A DNA stretch of 64,000 nt from Cenococcum geophilum (lineage: Eukaryota): contig CP158635.1 of assembly GCA_050273025.1 (NCBI GenBank), positions 17,484,001 to 17,548,000 on the forward strand, written 5' to 3'. Below, one piece after another: positions 37,106 to 50,300 of this stretch. The notes beneath the pieces were generated by a model. It saw only the letters and a list, made by a program, of their open reading frames with translations. It was not told the DNA's origin and did not search any database. Position numbers and translations under genes: made by a program. Each line of letters starts with the position of its first letter. Within the stretch, counting starts at the first letter, position 1.

Positions 37106-40100
37106 GGAGCTTCCATTTAGGTTATCGCGAGATTTTAAGGGAGGATAGTGGTTATAAATAAAAGATATAAATAAACAATCTGGTTCTTAAAGCTAACTAC
37201 CCTTCCAAAAAGAGTAGAAAGGATTTAAATATAAGAGGATCTTGTAGATAGGGGGCTATAAGGACACGATTGTGGAACAGGATAGATTAGTAAGAGAGAC
37301 GAATCCTTAAGGAGGTAAGGCCTCTGGGATTGTGGAGACTATATACTACGGGCACGTACCTCTAGTACGTAATCGGCGACCATCCAAGGGGCGTCCGGGG
37401 GTTGTCCTAAGGGCAACCTAAGGTGTCTGCAATAATATCCCTTACACCTAGGGTTAAAGGGGTTCTATAAATAGAGAACATTATATTAGTAATAAGCTTA
37501 CTAAAAACTAAAGGTATAGAGTCTATCTTACTAGGAGATATAAACCTCCACTACCCGCGGTAGGGGGGTATTTATATTACTGCTAATTAATAGGTAGAGT
37601 GCCTACTAAAAGCTATAAACACCTAGGGCCTTAAGTTAGCCACCCCCCTAGGAGCAACTATATGGTAATAAGGAACCTCTAAAAGTATAATTAACCTTAT
37701 ATTTATAGACGAAGGCCTATATTAAAGACTTAAAAGGTATAACCCCCAAAAAAATAGGCACTTGCCTTAGACTATATCCCTATCCAAATATAGCTAGATT
37801 TAGATATTAAGGCGTAACTAAGTAGCAAAAGATATATAATAAGGAAGCTTAAGATAAATAGTTTTCTTAATATAGTTAAATAACAACTCTAAAACCTAGA
37901 AGAAATCCACCTAATTCCAAACAAGCGAGGCTTATTAGCTACCCCTAAGGAAATTAACTAAAGACTAAAAAGGATCTAGGTAGTAATTAAAAATAGGCTA
38001 AAAGAGTACTGCCTAGTCTTAAAACCGGGCCCCTACACGCGATATATATGGTCCGCATAATACGCGGTTCTTATTACTAGCTAATAATAAGCAAGAAGGA
38101 AATATATAAGTAGCTATAACTTTAAAGATAAGAGATAATATAAAGACATAAGAAACCAGTTAAAGAATACCCTAAAGAAAGAAGTAAGGAATAACTAGAG
38201 ACGGTTTATAAATAAGTACACTTTTAACCCGAGCCTTCCCTATAATAAGGGCCTTTGGGTTATAGCAAAATAGGTAAAGAAAAAGGTAGAGCGTTTAGTA
38301 AAAGACCTATACTTACTACCCCTATAAAGAGTAGGGGAATTATAGGCTACTAATAATAATAATAAGAAGGTAAAGATCCTTATAAAAAGGTTCTTTTTTT
38401 AACTGGCTTTAGTAGACCTTAGTAATATTACGGGTAAAACACTAGTAACTTGCCTAAGAGTTAACAGCGATATAATAACAGAGGAAATAGCCAGAACTAT
38501 TAGCCGCCTTTTAAATAATATAGTATTAGGACCAGATAGGATTCTAAATAAGGCCTTAAAAACCTATAGACTACTTATAGCACCTTAGCTTATAGATATA
38601 GCCAGGGTATACTTTACCGTAGGCTACTACCTACGACTTAGAAGATCTATAACGACGGTTATTCTATAGAAAGAAGGTAAAGTAGATTACTTAATTCTAG
38701 GAAGCTACCGCCCTATTGCCTTAAAAAACACCCTTAGTAAGATCTTAGAAAAGGTAATAGCGGACCATATAGTAGATATGGCTAAGAAATATAATTTACT
38801 ACTATAAAGCTAAATAGGGGCAAGAAAGAACCGCTTAATACTATTAGTACTTACGCTACTTATTGCTACTATTAAATACGCATGGGCGATGCGAAGGGAC
38901 TTTATAGTATTAATACTTAGCCTAGATATTAGCGGCGCCTATAATAATATACCCCATAAGCGTCTCCTATATATCCTTAAGGTAAAAGGCTTCCTAGAAT
39001 AGATTATATAATTTGTTTAAGGGTTTATAGGTTAGAAAGAAATATTACTAGTCTTTAGCGGATACTAGAGCCCCCCTATTATAGTTATAATAGGAATACT
39101 ATAAGGATTACCCCTCTCGCCTATACTCTTCCTTTTCTTTATAAGCAACCTACTTAACTTCTTTAAGAAAGGGGCGACCTAGGGGATAGGCTTTATTAAT
39201 AATATAAACCTAATTATATACGGGCTAATAGCTATAGAGAATTGTAGAACACTAGAGAAAGCTTATAATACCTATATAGAATAGGCAAGACGATATAAAG
39301 TCCAATTCTTATTAGAGAAATACTAGCTAATCCACTTTATAAGAAAACGTAACTAATCTGTAGATCTTTAGCATATAATTTATATCTAAGGCTTTAGGGG
39401 TTAACTAGTTTAGGGCTTAAGGGTATTAGGAGTATAGGTAGATAGTAAGCTCTAGTAAAGCGTATATGCGGCGTAAGCGGCCTATAAGGGCTAAGTATAG
39501 TATATCGTATTATCCAGGATTATTAATTCTATATAGGGTCTATACTTTTAGAGGTTACGCCTACTATATATAGTAGTTGTCCGGCCAACCATAACGTATA
39601 GGTCCAGTATTTAGGCCATTAGAGAATCTAAGAAAGGCCCCCCTAAATCGCTCCTTAAACCACTCTAAAAGGTCTAGATAGCTTGCCTTTAGAGTATAAT
39701 AGGCGGATATAAGCGAACGGCTACAGTACTGCTTAAAAAGGAAGCTAATATTCCCCCCCTATAACTATATATTAAAGCCGCTGTAATATAAAGGGCGTAA
39801 AATAAACGCAACTTTAATGTTATAAAGTATATTAAGATACGCCTAAATATACTATAGAGGGACCCTAGGGCGCCCTATAGGAGAATAAACTAACAACCCT
39901 AAAGTAGGGAAGATATATTAGAGAAACAGGTAAAAAAAAGTAGAAGAAGAATAGTGCTGCTTTAGGGCCTAGACCTATATAGAGGAAGAAGGGAAACGTA
40001 TAAGAGGCCAGTAAAGATAATAGTAAGAGAGAAAAAGAAGCTAAAATAGAGCATAAAAGAACGCTAGGAAACTATTTACTATAATATAATACTGGCTAGA

Positions 40101-40847
40101 CTAATGCTAAAGAGGTATATAGGAGTTAAAGGTATAGAGGCTAACTAAGGTAAGAGAAACCTAAGCCGTAGTATAGTTAACGTTATAGGGGGTAAACACT
40201 CTAGAGCTCTAAGAAGGCCTAATAAAGGCAAAAAAATATAATAGTAATACTCTTAAGAATAGGAATAATAGGACTAAAAGATTGGCTCTACTAGGTGGGT
40301 GTCCTAGTAGGTAGCCTAAGATGTAAATATAGCTAGCTAAGATAAACACTAAAATACGTAATACTGTTATACCCCTTACGCACCAACTAAGAAGTAATAC
40401 TCTTAGTAGCTAGCATAGAGAACTATAATATACTACTCTTAATATAAAAAGGCCTTAAGGCGGTTACCTAGTGGCTTATTAGCTAAAATATACTAAACCA
40501 GTTCTGGGTTATAAAGGAAATAGTAATAAAGGGCAAGGGAGGCGAGCAATAAGCGCCCCTTAATGACTCTATAGTAGTAAAGTAAAGTTTATAATACTAG
40601 CGCGTCCGTAGGCTTATTACGGCAGTAGTGGTTCCTAAAAAGGTTAAAAAGTAAGGTAGTAGAGCACTATAGGTAACTTGTAGGCGCCTTGTAGGCGAGT
40701 CCCTAAAGGTAGGGAGATAGATTACGGGTTTTTCTTAAATAGAGTTTTCTCCCTATATGTATATAAGGAGTAGCCCGCGTAGGCCCAATAGGGATCCGAA
40801 TTAGACGTTAAGTAATAAATAATATATATATATATATTACTTTAGTT

Positions 40848-42991
40848 CTAACGCCTTCTTAATATCTTTTAGTATTATAGTAAAGATCTTATAGTTTTAT
40901 TTTCTTGCTAATAAATAAAAGGGTATAGCTTATATTATATAAATTTTAAGGGGTTTTAATATATTATCTTCGCATTCTTTACTATAATTAGTAGTTATAA
41001 CTTTATTATATTAGTTTAAGGTTTATAGTAAGGGCAATTTATATTATATTAAATTTAAATAGTTGTGTGTATATTTATAGGGTAAGTGGTATTTTAAGTA
41101 ATAATTTCGGCAGTAGGTTATACGGAATTTTAATATTTCTTTAGCCTAGCTAATTAAAGAGTTATATTATTTTAGCTATCTATATCTAAGTATTACCTTA
41201 TAATACTTTAAGGGTATTATAAATAGGGAAATATATTTAAGGTATTTGCTTATTTATATCTTTATAAAAGCGTAGTATGTTAATTTACTGTATATTAAAG
41301 GCTTACCATTAAAGCCTTATAGGCCTTAGGGCTTATTAAGTTTCTTTAAATTTAAGCTTTAAGTTTTCGCATAGTTTATATTAATAAAGCCTATACTAGT
41401 AGCTCCACTATCTATAAGAATTTATACTTCCTTTTATTTTTTAAGTGTTTAAATTTTGCTAATTATATTAAGGGAGTTGTATTATATATTAGTATTAAAA
41501 AAGCCTAGATACTTATACTCTTCCATTTCTTATCCTAAGGCGTAACTTAGCCTTAGGATAATTTATTTTCTAAGCTAACTAAAGACGAGATACTTTATAG
41601 TAACCGAGTATAATTTAAGAATTAGAAGGAACTACGGCGGACCTTTTTAAAAGGGTAAGTTTAATAATTCCTTTAAATATATCCCTTTTTACCGCATCTA
41701 AAGCATTCTCCATTTATAGCTTAAGTTCTTTATTTATTAGTTCCTAAGGGTATATAGAATTAGGTGGTATTAAGGTCTATAGGGTTATATATAGGGCTCT
41801 TAGGTCTTAGAAACAGATCGCGCTTTAGGGTATATACTAGTTTTATAAAGTTTTAAATATAAGATATAGTTAGCTTTAGAAAACGAGTCTATTTATTATA
41901 TTAAAGGTTCTTATTAATTCGTTAATATATTATAGCAAATTTGGGTAAGTCCTTTAGCAGTTCTCTACCTACTAACTATACTCTAATTTTATTTAAAATA
42001 GCTTAACAGAGAGCAGTAACTCTAGCGGCTTTATTCTAATCTAGTTTACTAATAAGGCCTAAAAATTCTAAAAAGAAGCTGGTAAAGTCTCGGTTCTATT
42101 ATTATAGGGTTTTAAGTTTAGTAATAGCTATATATTTACAGCTAGTATTATTATATATTTATTTTAATAGAGAGATAAAGATTTTAAAATTAACGAAGGT
42201 GCTATTATAAAAGAATAGGTCTATAGTTTATATAGCGTCTTTACTTAAATAAGACATTCTATAGCTAATCTTACTAGCTTTAGTAGAGTATTAGTTATAA
42301 ATTATTAAAAGTTTAAGACGGAGCTTAGTTATAAAGGGATATAGGTTATTTTTATTTTTATTAAATATTAGAAGGTTAGGGAGTTTTTTAGATTTTATAG
42401 TAGGTATTAGGTTTATTATAGGTACGGGTTAAGCTACTATTATTAGTTTAAGGTTTATATTTAACAGGTTAGGTTTATATATAGTTATTTTAATTTCGTT
42501 TATAGGTATTACTATTAGGGTCTTTAATATAAGTGCTTTAAGGTTACGAAGCTCTTTATAGATTACTCCCATTAATTACTAGTACTAAGCTTTTAATATC
42601 ACTTGCTATTAGGCTAAAGCATCTATAAAAGACTATTGCATTATAGTTAACGCAAGGGGTTTAAGTTCGTTTGCTATTTTAATAGTAGTTATTTTAACGT
42701 AACGTAATATAAGGGCGTAAAGAGACTTTAGGGAAGATTTAAAGAAATAATATAAATTTTATCTAAATCTAAGGGTATATAGCTCTTACTAAGAACAAGA
42801 TATTATATAAAAAGGAGAAAGGAATAACAAGAGAGTTATATATTAAATAGTTAGGGGTCTTAGTAGTTAATATATACGCACATATATACGCGGTCTTTAA
42901 CTAACTTTAGTAGAATTTAATTAATCTAGTAGAACTTAGTAGAATTTAGTTAAAGCGTTAGAATTTATCTATTAAGTACTTTACTAAGACA
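40848..42991 (-). mobile_element. Gypsy X, proximal part: 5' LTR (42787-42991), gag and protease region; very heavily RIPed
   Basis: LTR with TG..(C/T)A termini on the minus strand, followed by a self-priming-type site. Gag-like relics (LPN...FN.NKNN.YPF.TKLRLKL, ~42315-42385). Continues across the LINE B TSD into 26348-26090. Confidence 0.72.
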
Positions 42992-43022
42992 TTCCCACTA
43001 TAACTAGGCTAATCCCGTTACA

Positions 43023-43141
43023 TCTTTTAAGTTATAGGTAATAGCCTATAGTAAAGTATACTCTAGCTATATCTATAAGCTAAAATACTATAAGTAGTCT
43101 ATAGGTCTTTAAGGCCTTATTTAAAATCCTATCTAGTCCTA
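43023..43141 (-). mobile_element. Tad1-like LINE copy D fragment, left part (target of Gypsy Y)
   Basis: Reverse complement of the ORF2 segment seen at ~38525-38648. Joins 61171+ across TSD TCCTA. Confidence 0.82.
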
Positions 43142-46100
43142 TATTATAGAACCCCACTATAAGGGCCTCTATAGGAGAGCCCCGTGCTCTCGCGTATACC
43201 TCGCGTATAGCTTATATCAGCTACGCGTAGGTATATCACCTCCTTACGCCCTCGACCCTTACGATCGATCGCGCAACGTCTTATAGACTCCTCGAATATA
43301 TACGCTCTATAGCCACTGCCCACATTCCATAACATTACGTTGCGCCTTTTTACTACTAACGCTTAGCCTATAACTAATTCTACATCTCTATAATACTATA
43401 GGCGCTGCTAAAAGCAGCGTATTTATAAATTACCTTACTTTATACTTCTAAGGAACCTATAATAGTAAGATAATATTCCTTACTAGTAATATACTTATAT
43501 ATTATACTTATAAAAGGAGCTCTTACTATACCCGGCCTAAAAAGACTAAAACCAACTAAAAAAAACCCTAAAAAATACCTAGAGAATCCCCCTAAGATAT
43601 ATATATCGCAGGGGAGGCACACGTTAACTAATGGTGGCTCGCACTTATATGTAACCGCCAGATCCACGCCTAACAACGGCCCTCTATAATAAAGATGGGC
43701 GAATACCACACTATAAAGCGGAAATACCTCTATTAAGAAGGCATCTAATAAAATATAAAGCCTATTAGACGCGTCTAGTATCCAGAATTATAGGGGAGTA
43801 ACTATTAGCTATAACGAACTAATATAGCTAGTAGAATAGCTCCGCCAGTCTAGTAAACCTTAGGCGCCCCTTTAGTAAACCCTTAATTAAATCCTCTAAC
43901 GGCTAAGCAAAATTAAAAATAAATAATAACCCCCTTTACCGGCGAACCGCACCTAGGCCGCTATAGCCGCGCTTCTATAGTATAGGAAACCTACCCCCCT
44001 TAAGATAATAACTGGGTATATAATTATAATATAACCAAATATAGAAAAAGTAGAGGGGCTTAGGGGATAATTAGAAATAGAAGTCCTTATAAAGATTTAT
44101 AAAGAGGTTTATGACGTAGTTATAGTCTAACACCTTAAAAGTAGAGACATTAGAATTACCCTAAAGGACTAATAAGTAAAGAAATAAGCTATAAGGGTAG
44201 GGGATAGGCTAGGAGAACGTATTAGCATAAAAGTGCTCCGTAAAGACTACCTAGTTAAAGTCCTAGCAGTTTCTATAAGCTTTAGGGTAGAAAAGGGACG
44301 CTAGGCGGATAATATAGTAACTATATAGGAGATAGTAAAACATACAGAACGCCTTATACTAGGCCTTAAGATTACCCAAATCTAATAGCTTTAATAGGAA
44401 AATGTAAACTAAGCAAATAATAAGAATAATAAAAGGATATAAGGGTCGCTAGAGACTTATTAGGGAGACGCTAGTTAAACGCATAGCTCCCTTATTGTTA
44501 GTATATATATACTAGGAATGCAAAAACTCCTTATTTAAAAAGAAATAATTATAAATGGCCTTATATACAACGCAAGGCTCTATAACTACAGACTACGCCT
44601 AGAATAATGCTACCGCTATATATAATGGGGACATACCTAATCCATATATATAGTATAGGTGTGCTACGGCCACTATATAGGCCCCTATAATATAAAACAC
44701 TGCTTAAATTAAGATTAAATAAAATGCGTAAACTGCCACCAAAGCATATATAAGGCGTAGGAGAGAGAAGACTGCATTAAATATAGGAGGCGGAAGGTAA
44801 GGGCTTAATAGCTATGGGAATAACTATACGCTAGGTTATATAAATGGAAACAATAAGTAATAAGCTAGGGGGATATAGGTGCCTTCCTAGCGTTTCCTAC
44901 CTTTAGTACTAGGGGGCTAGGCTAGCTATTCTAAGCCTTAACGGGCCAGAAGTGGCGCCGCGTAATATTACTAAACCGTATAGGGATATAAGGGTTATAG
45001 GGGATATAAGGGAGAGGACGCCTAGTAGGAAGACCCCTATAGACAGCTATAGTAAGCTTAAGACCAGGATAATTAAGAATTAGATTTAACGCGGCAAATA
45101 TAATATTTACAGCCGACCTATAAAGGGCGTATAGCTAGCTAGTAAGAATAGGGGAGAAACTAGAGATAATAACAGATTTAGATATAAAAGTGCTAGTAGG
45201 AATATAAAATATAGGAATAGAAAGCTCTATATAAAATAAGTAGTAACTAGGGTATAAATATAAGAGATAAAAGTTCTAAATATCCTAGAGAAAGTAAAAA
45301 TAGAAGAAGTAAGAAATAAAGGAGAGGCAAAGGACCCTTGCCGGGGGTCCGCCACCTATTCATTATATAGTATAACTGCGGCAATATAAACCACCGTCTT
45401 ATAAGGCCTTTATTAGACAGTCTAGACCTAAAGAAATACTATATCCTTGCTATATAAGAGCCGTACTATAATACCTATATATAATTAATATACTGCCCCT
45501 AAGGATTCTAGCTCCTATATAAACCAAAAGTAGCTATACGCGTATGCTTTATAATTAGTAAGGCTATTAGCCTATCCTTATAGTTATAGCAGGCAGTTAA
45601 CCTAGATATTATAGTTATAATAATCTAGATATATAGGGGACCGGTATAAATTATTAATATATATAACCCTAGGGTTAAAGGGGTCCTATAAATAGAGAAT
45701 ATTATATTAGTAATAAGCTTGCTAAAAACCAAAGGTATAGAGTCTATCCTATTAGGAGATATAAACCTCCACCACCCGTGGTAGAAGGGTATCTATATTA
45801 CTGCTAATTAATAGGTAAAGTGCCTACTAAGAGCTATAGACACCTAGGGCCTTAAGTTAGCTACCCCCCTAGGAGCAACTATATAGTAATAAGGAACCTC
45901 TAAAAGTATAATTAACCTTATATTTATAGACAAAGGCCTATATTAGAGACTTAAAAAGTATAACCCTAAAGAAGAATAGGCACTCGCCTTAGACTATATC
46001 CCTATCTAGATATAGCTAGATTTGGATATTAAGGCGTAACTAAGTAGTAAAAGATATGTAATAAGGAAGCTTAAGACAAACAGTTTCCTTAATATAGTTA

Positions 46101-47371
46101 AATAATAACTTTAAGACCTAGAAGAAATCCACCCAATTCTAAATAAGTAAGGCTTATTAGCTACCCCTAAGGAAATTAACTAAAGACTAGAAAGAATCTA
46201 GGCAGCGATTAAAAATAGGTTAGAAAAGCACTACCTAGTCTTAAAACCGGGCCCCTATATATAATATATATAGTCCACATAATACACAGTTCTTATTACT
46301 AGCTAATAATAAGTAAGAAGGAAATATATAAGTAGCTATAACCCTAAAAACAAGAGATGATATAAAGACACGAGAAACTAGTTAAAGAATACCCTAAAGA
46401 AAGAAGTAAGGAATAACTAGAGACGGTTTATAAATAAGCACACTTTTAACCTAAGCCTCCCCTATAATAAGGGCCTTTAGGCTATAGTAAAATAGATAAT
46501 AAAAAAGATAGGGCGCCTAGTAAAAGACTTATACCTATTACCCCTATAAAGAGTAGGGGAATTATAGACTACTAATAATAATAATAAAAAGGCAAAGATC
46601 CTTATAAAGAGGTTCTTCCCCTAACCGGCTCTAGTAGACCTTAGTAATATTATAGGTAAAACACTAGTAACTTACCTAAGGGTTGACAGCGATATAATAA
46701 TAGAGGAAATGGCTAGAACTATTAGCCGCCTTTTAAATAATATAGTACTAGGACTAGATAGGATTCTAAATAAGGCCTTAAAAACCTATAGACCATTTAT
46801 AGCACCCTAGCTTATAGATATAGCTAGGGTATACTTTACTATAGGCTACTACCCACAACTTAGAAGATCTATAACAACGGTTATTCTATAGAAAGAAAGT
46901 AAAGCAGATTACTTAATCTTAGGAAGCTACTACCCTATTACCTTAGAAAATACCCTTAGTAAAATCTTAGAAAAGGTAATAGCGGACTATATAGCAGATA
47001 TAGCTAAGAAATATAACCTACTACTATAAAGCTGTTAGGCCATAGAGACGCACTAGCCGTAACCGGCTTAGCGCAGGCGAGGCGCAGGCGAGGCGCCTAC
47101 AAAACGTAGTCGCCCCGCATCAGAGAATAGCAGAATTCAGTTCTACAGTTCTACTTCATTAAGAACCAGATACTCTTCGCATCCCGTTACTATTATCACG
47201 TTACTACATACCCTAAGGACCTTAGCGTCCTAACAGTACTAAATTCTCATCCCTTTTTAGGGGTAGTGGCCTAACAACATAGCGGTCTACTAAGGCCACA
47301 ACTACGTAGCAGCAACCCTCTGTCGAGAAGACGACCTATATTTATTAACTATATCGCAGCCTATTGACCTA

Positions 47372-50300
47372 ATGGCGAGACGCGGGCGTACTAGCATAGT
47401 GCGTACTACTAAGACTAGGGATCGGCCCCAGAATAATATAGGCGAACCTATATCGTCCTAGATAGAACTGGAAGCTATAGGCAAAGGGGATATATAGGAA
47501 GAAATACAACGGCTAGAGAACAAGAAGCTACAACTCCTAGAGTAAAGAAAACTACACTTGCTTAAAGAAGAGGTAGAAGTGCTAAGACGGCGTTAACGCG
47601 GCAAGGTGACGTCAACTCCTGTTCCTAACCCAGATCTACAACCTTAAACTATCCCATTAGAGTACTTAGATGGTAGCTAAATACGTCCAAACCTTAAGCG
47701 AAAGGCTACTGATATAATAGGCGCTCCGTTAAAACGGGCCGTTAAAATAGAAAAGATTGCTCTATATTATAGTAAGACCATATAAGAGCACCAAGACTTC
47801 CGCGATAGCTTAAAGCTGGCGTTCCGCCTAGAGTATAACGGCTTTGCGGATAAGGATACTAAAGTTGCGTTTACTATGTAATATATAAAGGGGACCAACT
47901 AAACCCTTTGGCTGCAGTATGAAGATAACTACCTAGACACGTAGTTTACCTAGGAGGAGCTTATGGAATTCCTACTTAACTAGATCAAAAGTCCTATTAA
48001 TTAAGAACTCTATATAGCCCTAACCTATTTAAGGGCAATACAGCGAACCGATTAACTAGTAAACAAATTTACTGCTTACTTAACCTCTTTAGAAGCGCAA
48101 ATAAACCCTCCTTATAATATAAAGTATTTAATAATATATCTATTCGCGAAGCTGCGGCCAGAGCTACGGGTTGCTATTACCAACTATTAAGAATTCCCTT
48201 AAACTTAAGACCAGCTAGTTTCCCTAGCTGCCCTATTAGAGGAAAACTAGAAGAGCGCAAGCGCCCTATAGGGTAGAAGCAATAGGCGCGCCGTAAACTC
48301 GAATATAAAGACCACCTAGTTAGGTAACTTAGAGAGAATAGACTCCAAAACCACTACTGGCGACTTGATAGTGGGGTAAAGTAATACCGCCGGGGGTTCG
48401 ACTTAGCCTAAAGGAAACTATAAAAATTATAGTAAGCCAGGATATTGGTGGCGAAAATGCCTGGAGTAGTAACAGTAATAGCAGCCGCCACCAAGCACCG
48501 TAAACACCATCTCTATGCTAGGAAAAGGCAGGCGCCCTTGGAGCCCCTCACACCTATAGGGCGTAAGCTACCACTAGATTGTAAGGAAGCTATTACTGTC
48601 TTAGGAGAAGTCCTATCCCAGTAGACTTAGAAAGAGACCTTAGTAATGCTTAATCTCGGCGCCGAAGTAAATGTAATTAATTAGTGATTTGCAATGGAGT
48701 GTAACTTTAAGACACTAGACGTAGAATTACCTACCTACTCCTAGTTAAATAAAACTTAGGCATATTGCTATAAAGCCTATAAGGTACTATTACAAATAAA
48801 GGATAGCTAGGGCAGGATTAGGGAAGTAACCCTTATCTGCTATAGAATGGCTAACGTATCCCCTACTATTACCCTAGGTATACCGGGGTTAAAGAAGGCC
48901 TAACTTCTTATTAACTGCGAGGCGAAGGCGTGGCGATAGAAGCTAGACGGCTTGTCCCTGTTGCTATAAACCCCTAAGGGTTTCGCGGAGTCTTTCTAGA
49001 GGGAATCTAGGGTCTTCGCCCTAGTAATTGCTAGATTAATGCCTAGTAAATAAGACAACGGCAGCTTACCGGTCCTTCCCTTATAGTTAAAAGAAGCTAG
49101 CGATATCTTCTTATATAAGAAAGTAGGAAAGCTACCCTAACACCACTAGGGCGACTATACTATTAACCTAGAAGAGGGACAGGAGGTCCTATATAGACCG
49201 CTCTATAACCTCTTAGTTAAGGAGCTAAAGGTACTAAGGGAGTACTTAAATAACGCCTTAGCTAAAGGTTAAATTTAACCAAGTACTAGTCCCGTAGGGG
49301 CACCTGTCCTATTTATACCTAAAAAAGATAGGAAGCTATAGCTCTATATAGACTATAGAGGCCTTAATAAGGTGACAATTAAGAATTATCTTGCACTACT
49401 ATTAGTTAGTAAGACCTTGGACTACTTAGTAGGTTTTAAGATCTTTACTAAGTTAGACCTAATAAATACGTATTACCGCCTTCGTATCCATTGGGGCGAT
49501 AAGTAGAAAACAGCGTTCCGTACGCGTTACGGCCACTTTAAGTATTTGGTTTTGCCTTTTAGGCTAACTAATAGACTAGTGACCTTTTAGGGCTATATTA
49601 ATCGGGCCTTATTAGGACTAGTAGACGTCTTCTATATAGTCTACCTTAATAATATTCTAATTTTCTCTAAAAATCCAGAGGAATACTGGCGCCACGTACT
49701 AGAAGTGCTATATAGGTTGCGGCAATATTAACTATATACAAACCTTAAGAAGTGCAGGTTTAGTATATAAGAGGTTAAGTTTCTAGGATATATTATTAGT
49801 CCTAAAGGCGTAGCAATAGATCCTAGCTGGGTAGAAGCTATTACTAAGTAGGAGAGCCCTTAATCCTATAGGGATGTCTAGGTCTTTTAAGGTTTTGCTA
49901 ACTTCTATCGCCAGTTTATCTATAAGTACTCTACTATTACGAAGCCTATTACTAATCTCCTTAAGGGAGCAAAGAACGGCCGTAAAGCTAGGCCTTTTAG
50001 TTAGCCAAAAGAGGTAGAGTAGGCAATACGCCAGCTCTATAACGCCTTTACAACGGCGCCGCTCCTATAACACTATACGCCAGGCTTACTAACCTAGTTA
50101 GAGACTAATGCCTCTATATAAGGCCTAGCAGTAATTATATTATAGCTGTTTAAAGATAGCCTTTAGTATCTAATAGCCTTCTAGTTTAGGAAGCTTTCGC
50201 TAGTAGAGCGCAATTATAAGACTTATAATTAGGAGCTACTAGCTATTATAGAGGCTTTTAAGTATTGGAGACACTATATTAAGGGGCTATTAAGCCGCCT

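Larger units (their letters stand above)
28527..37446 (-). mobile_element. Ty3/Gypsy LTR retrotransposon W (8.9 kb), full length, RIP-degraded
   Basis: 217-bp LTRs at 28527-28743 and 37230-37446, TSD CCTAG, PPT complement at ~28746-28758. Inserted in the LINE B endonuclease region; the empty site AACCCTAGGGTT is seen in LINE C at ~45665. Confidence 0.95.
26349..40831 (+). mobile_element. Full-length Tad1-like LINE copy B (interrupted by Gypsy W), RIP-degraded
   Basis: 16-bp TSD ATATATTACTTTAGTT (26333-26348 / 40832-40847). ORF1 with CCHC knuckles. ORF2 with APE motifs (ILAI*EP ~28295, LGDINLHYP ~37530) and RT motifs (SYRPIAL ~38703, LSLDISGAY ~38916, GIL*GLPLSPILF ~39092). AATAAATAATA tail. 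Confidence 0.93.
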
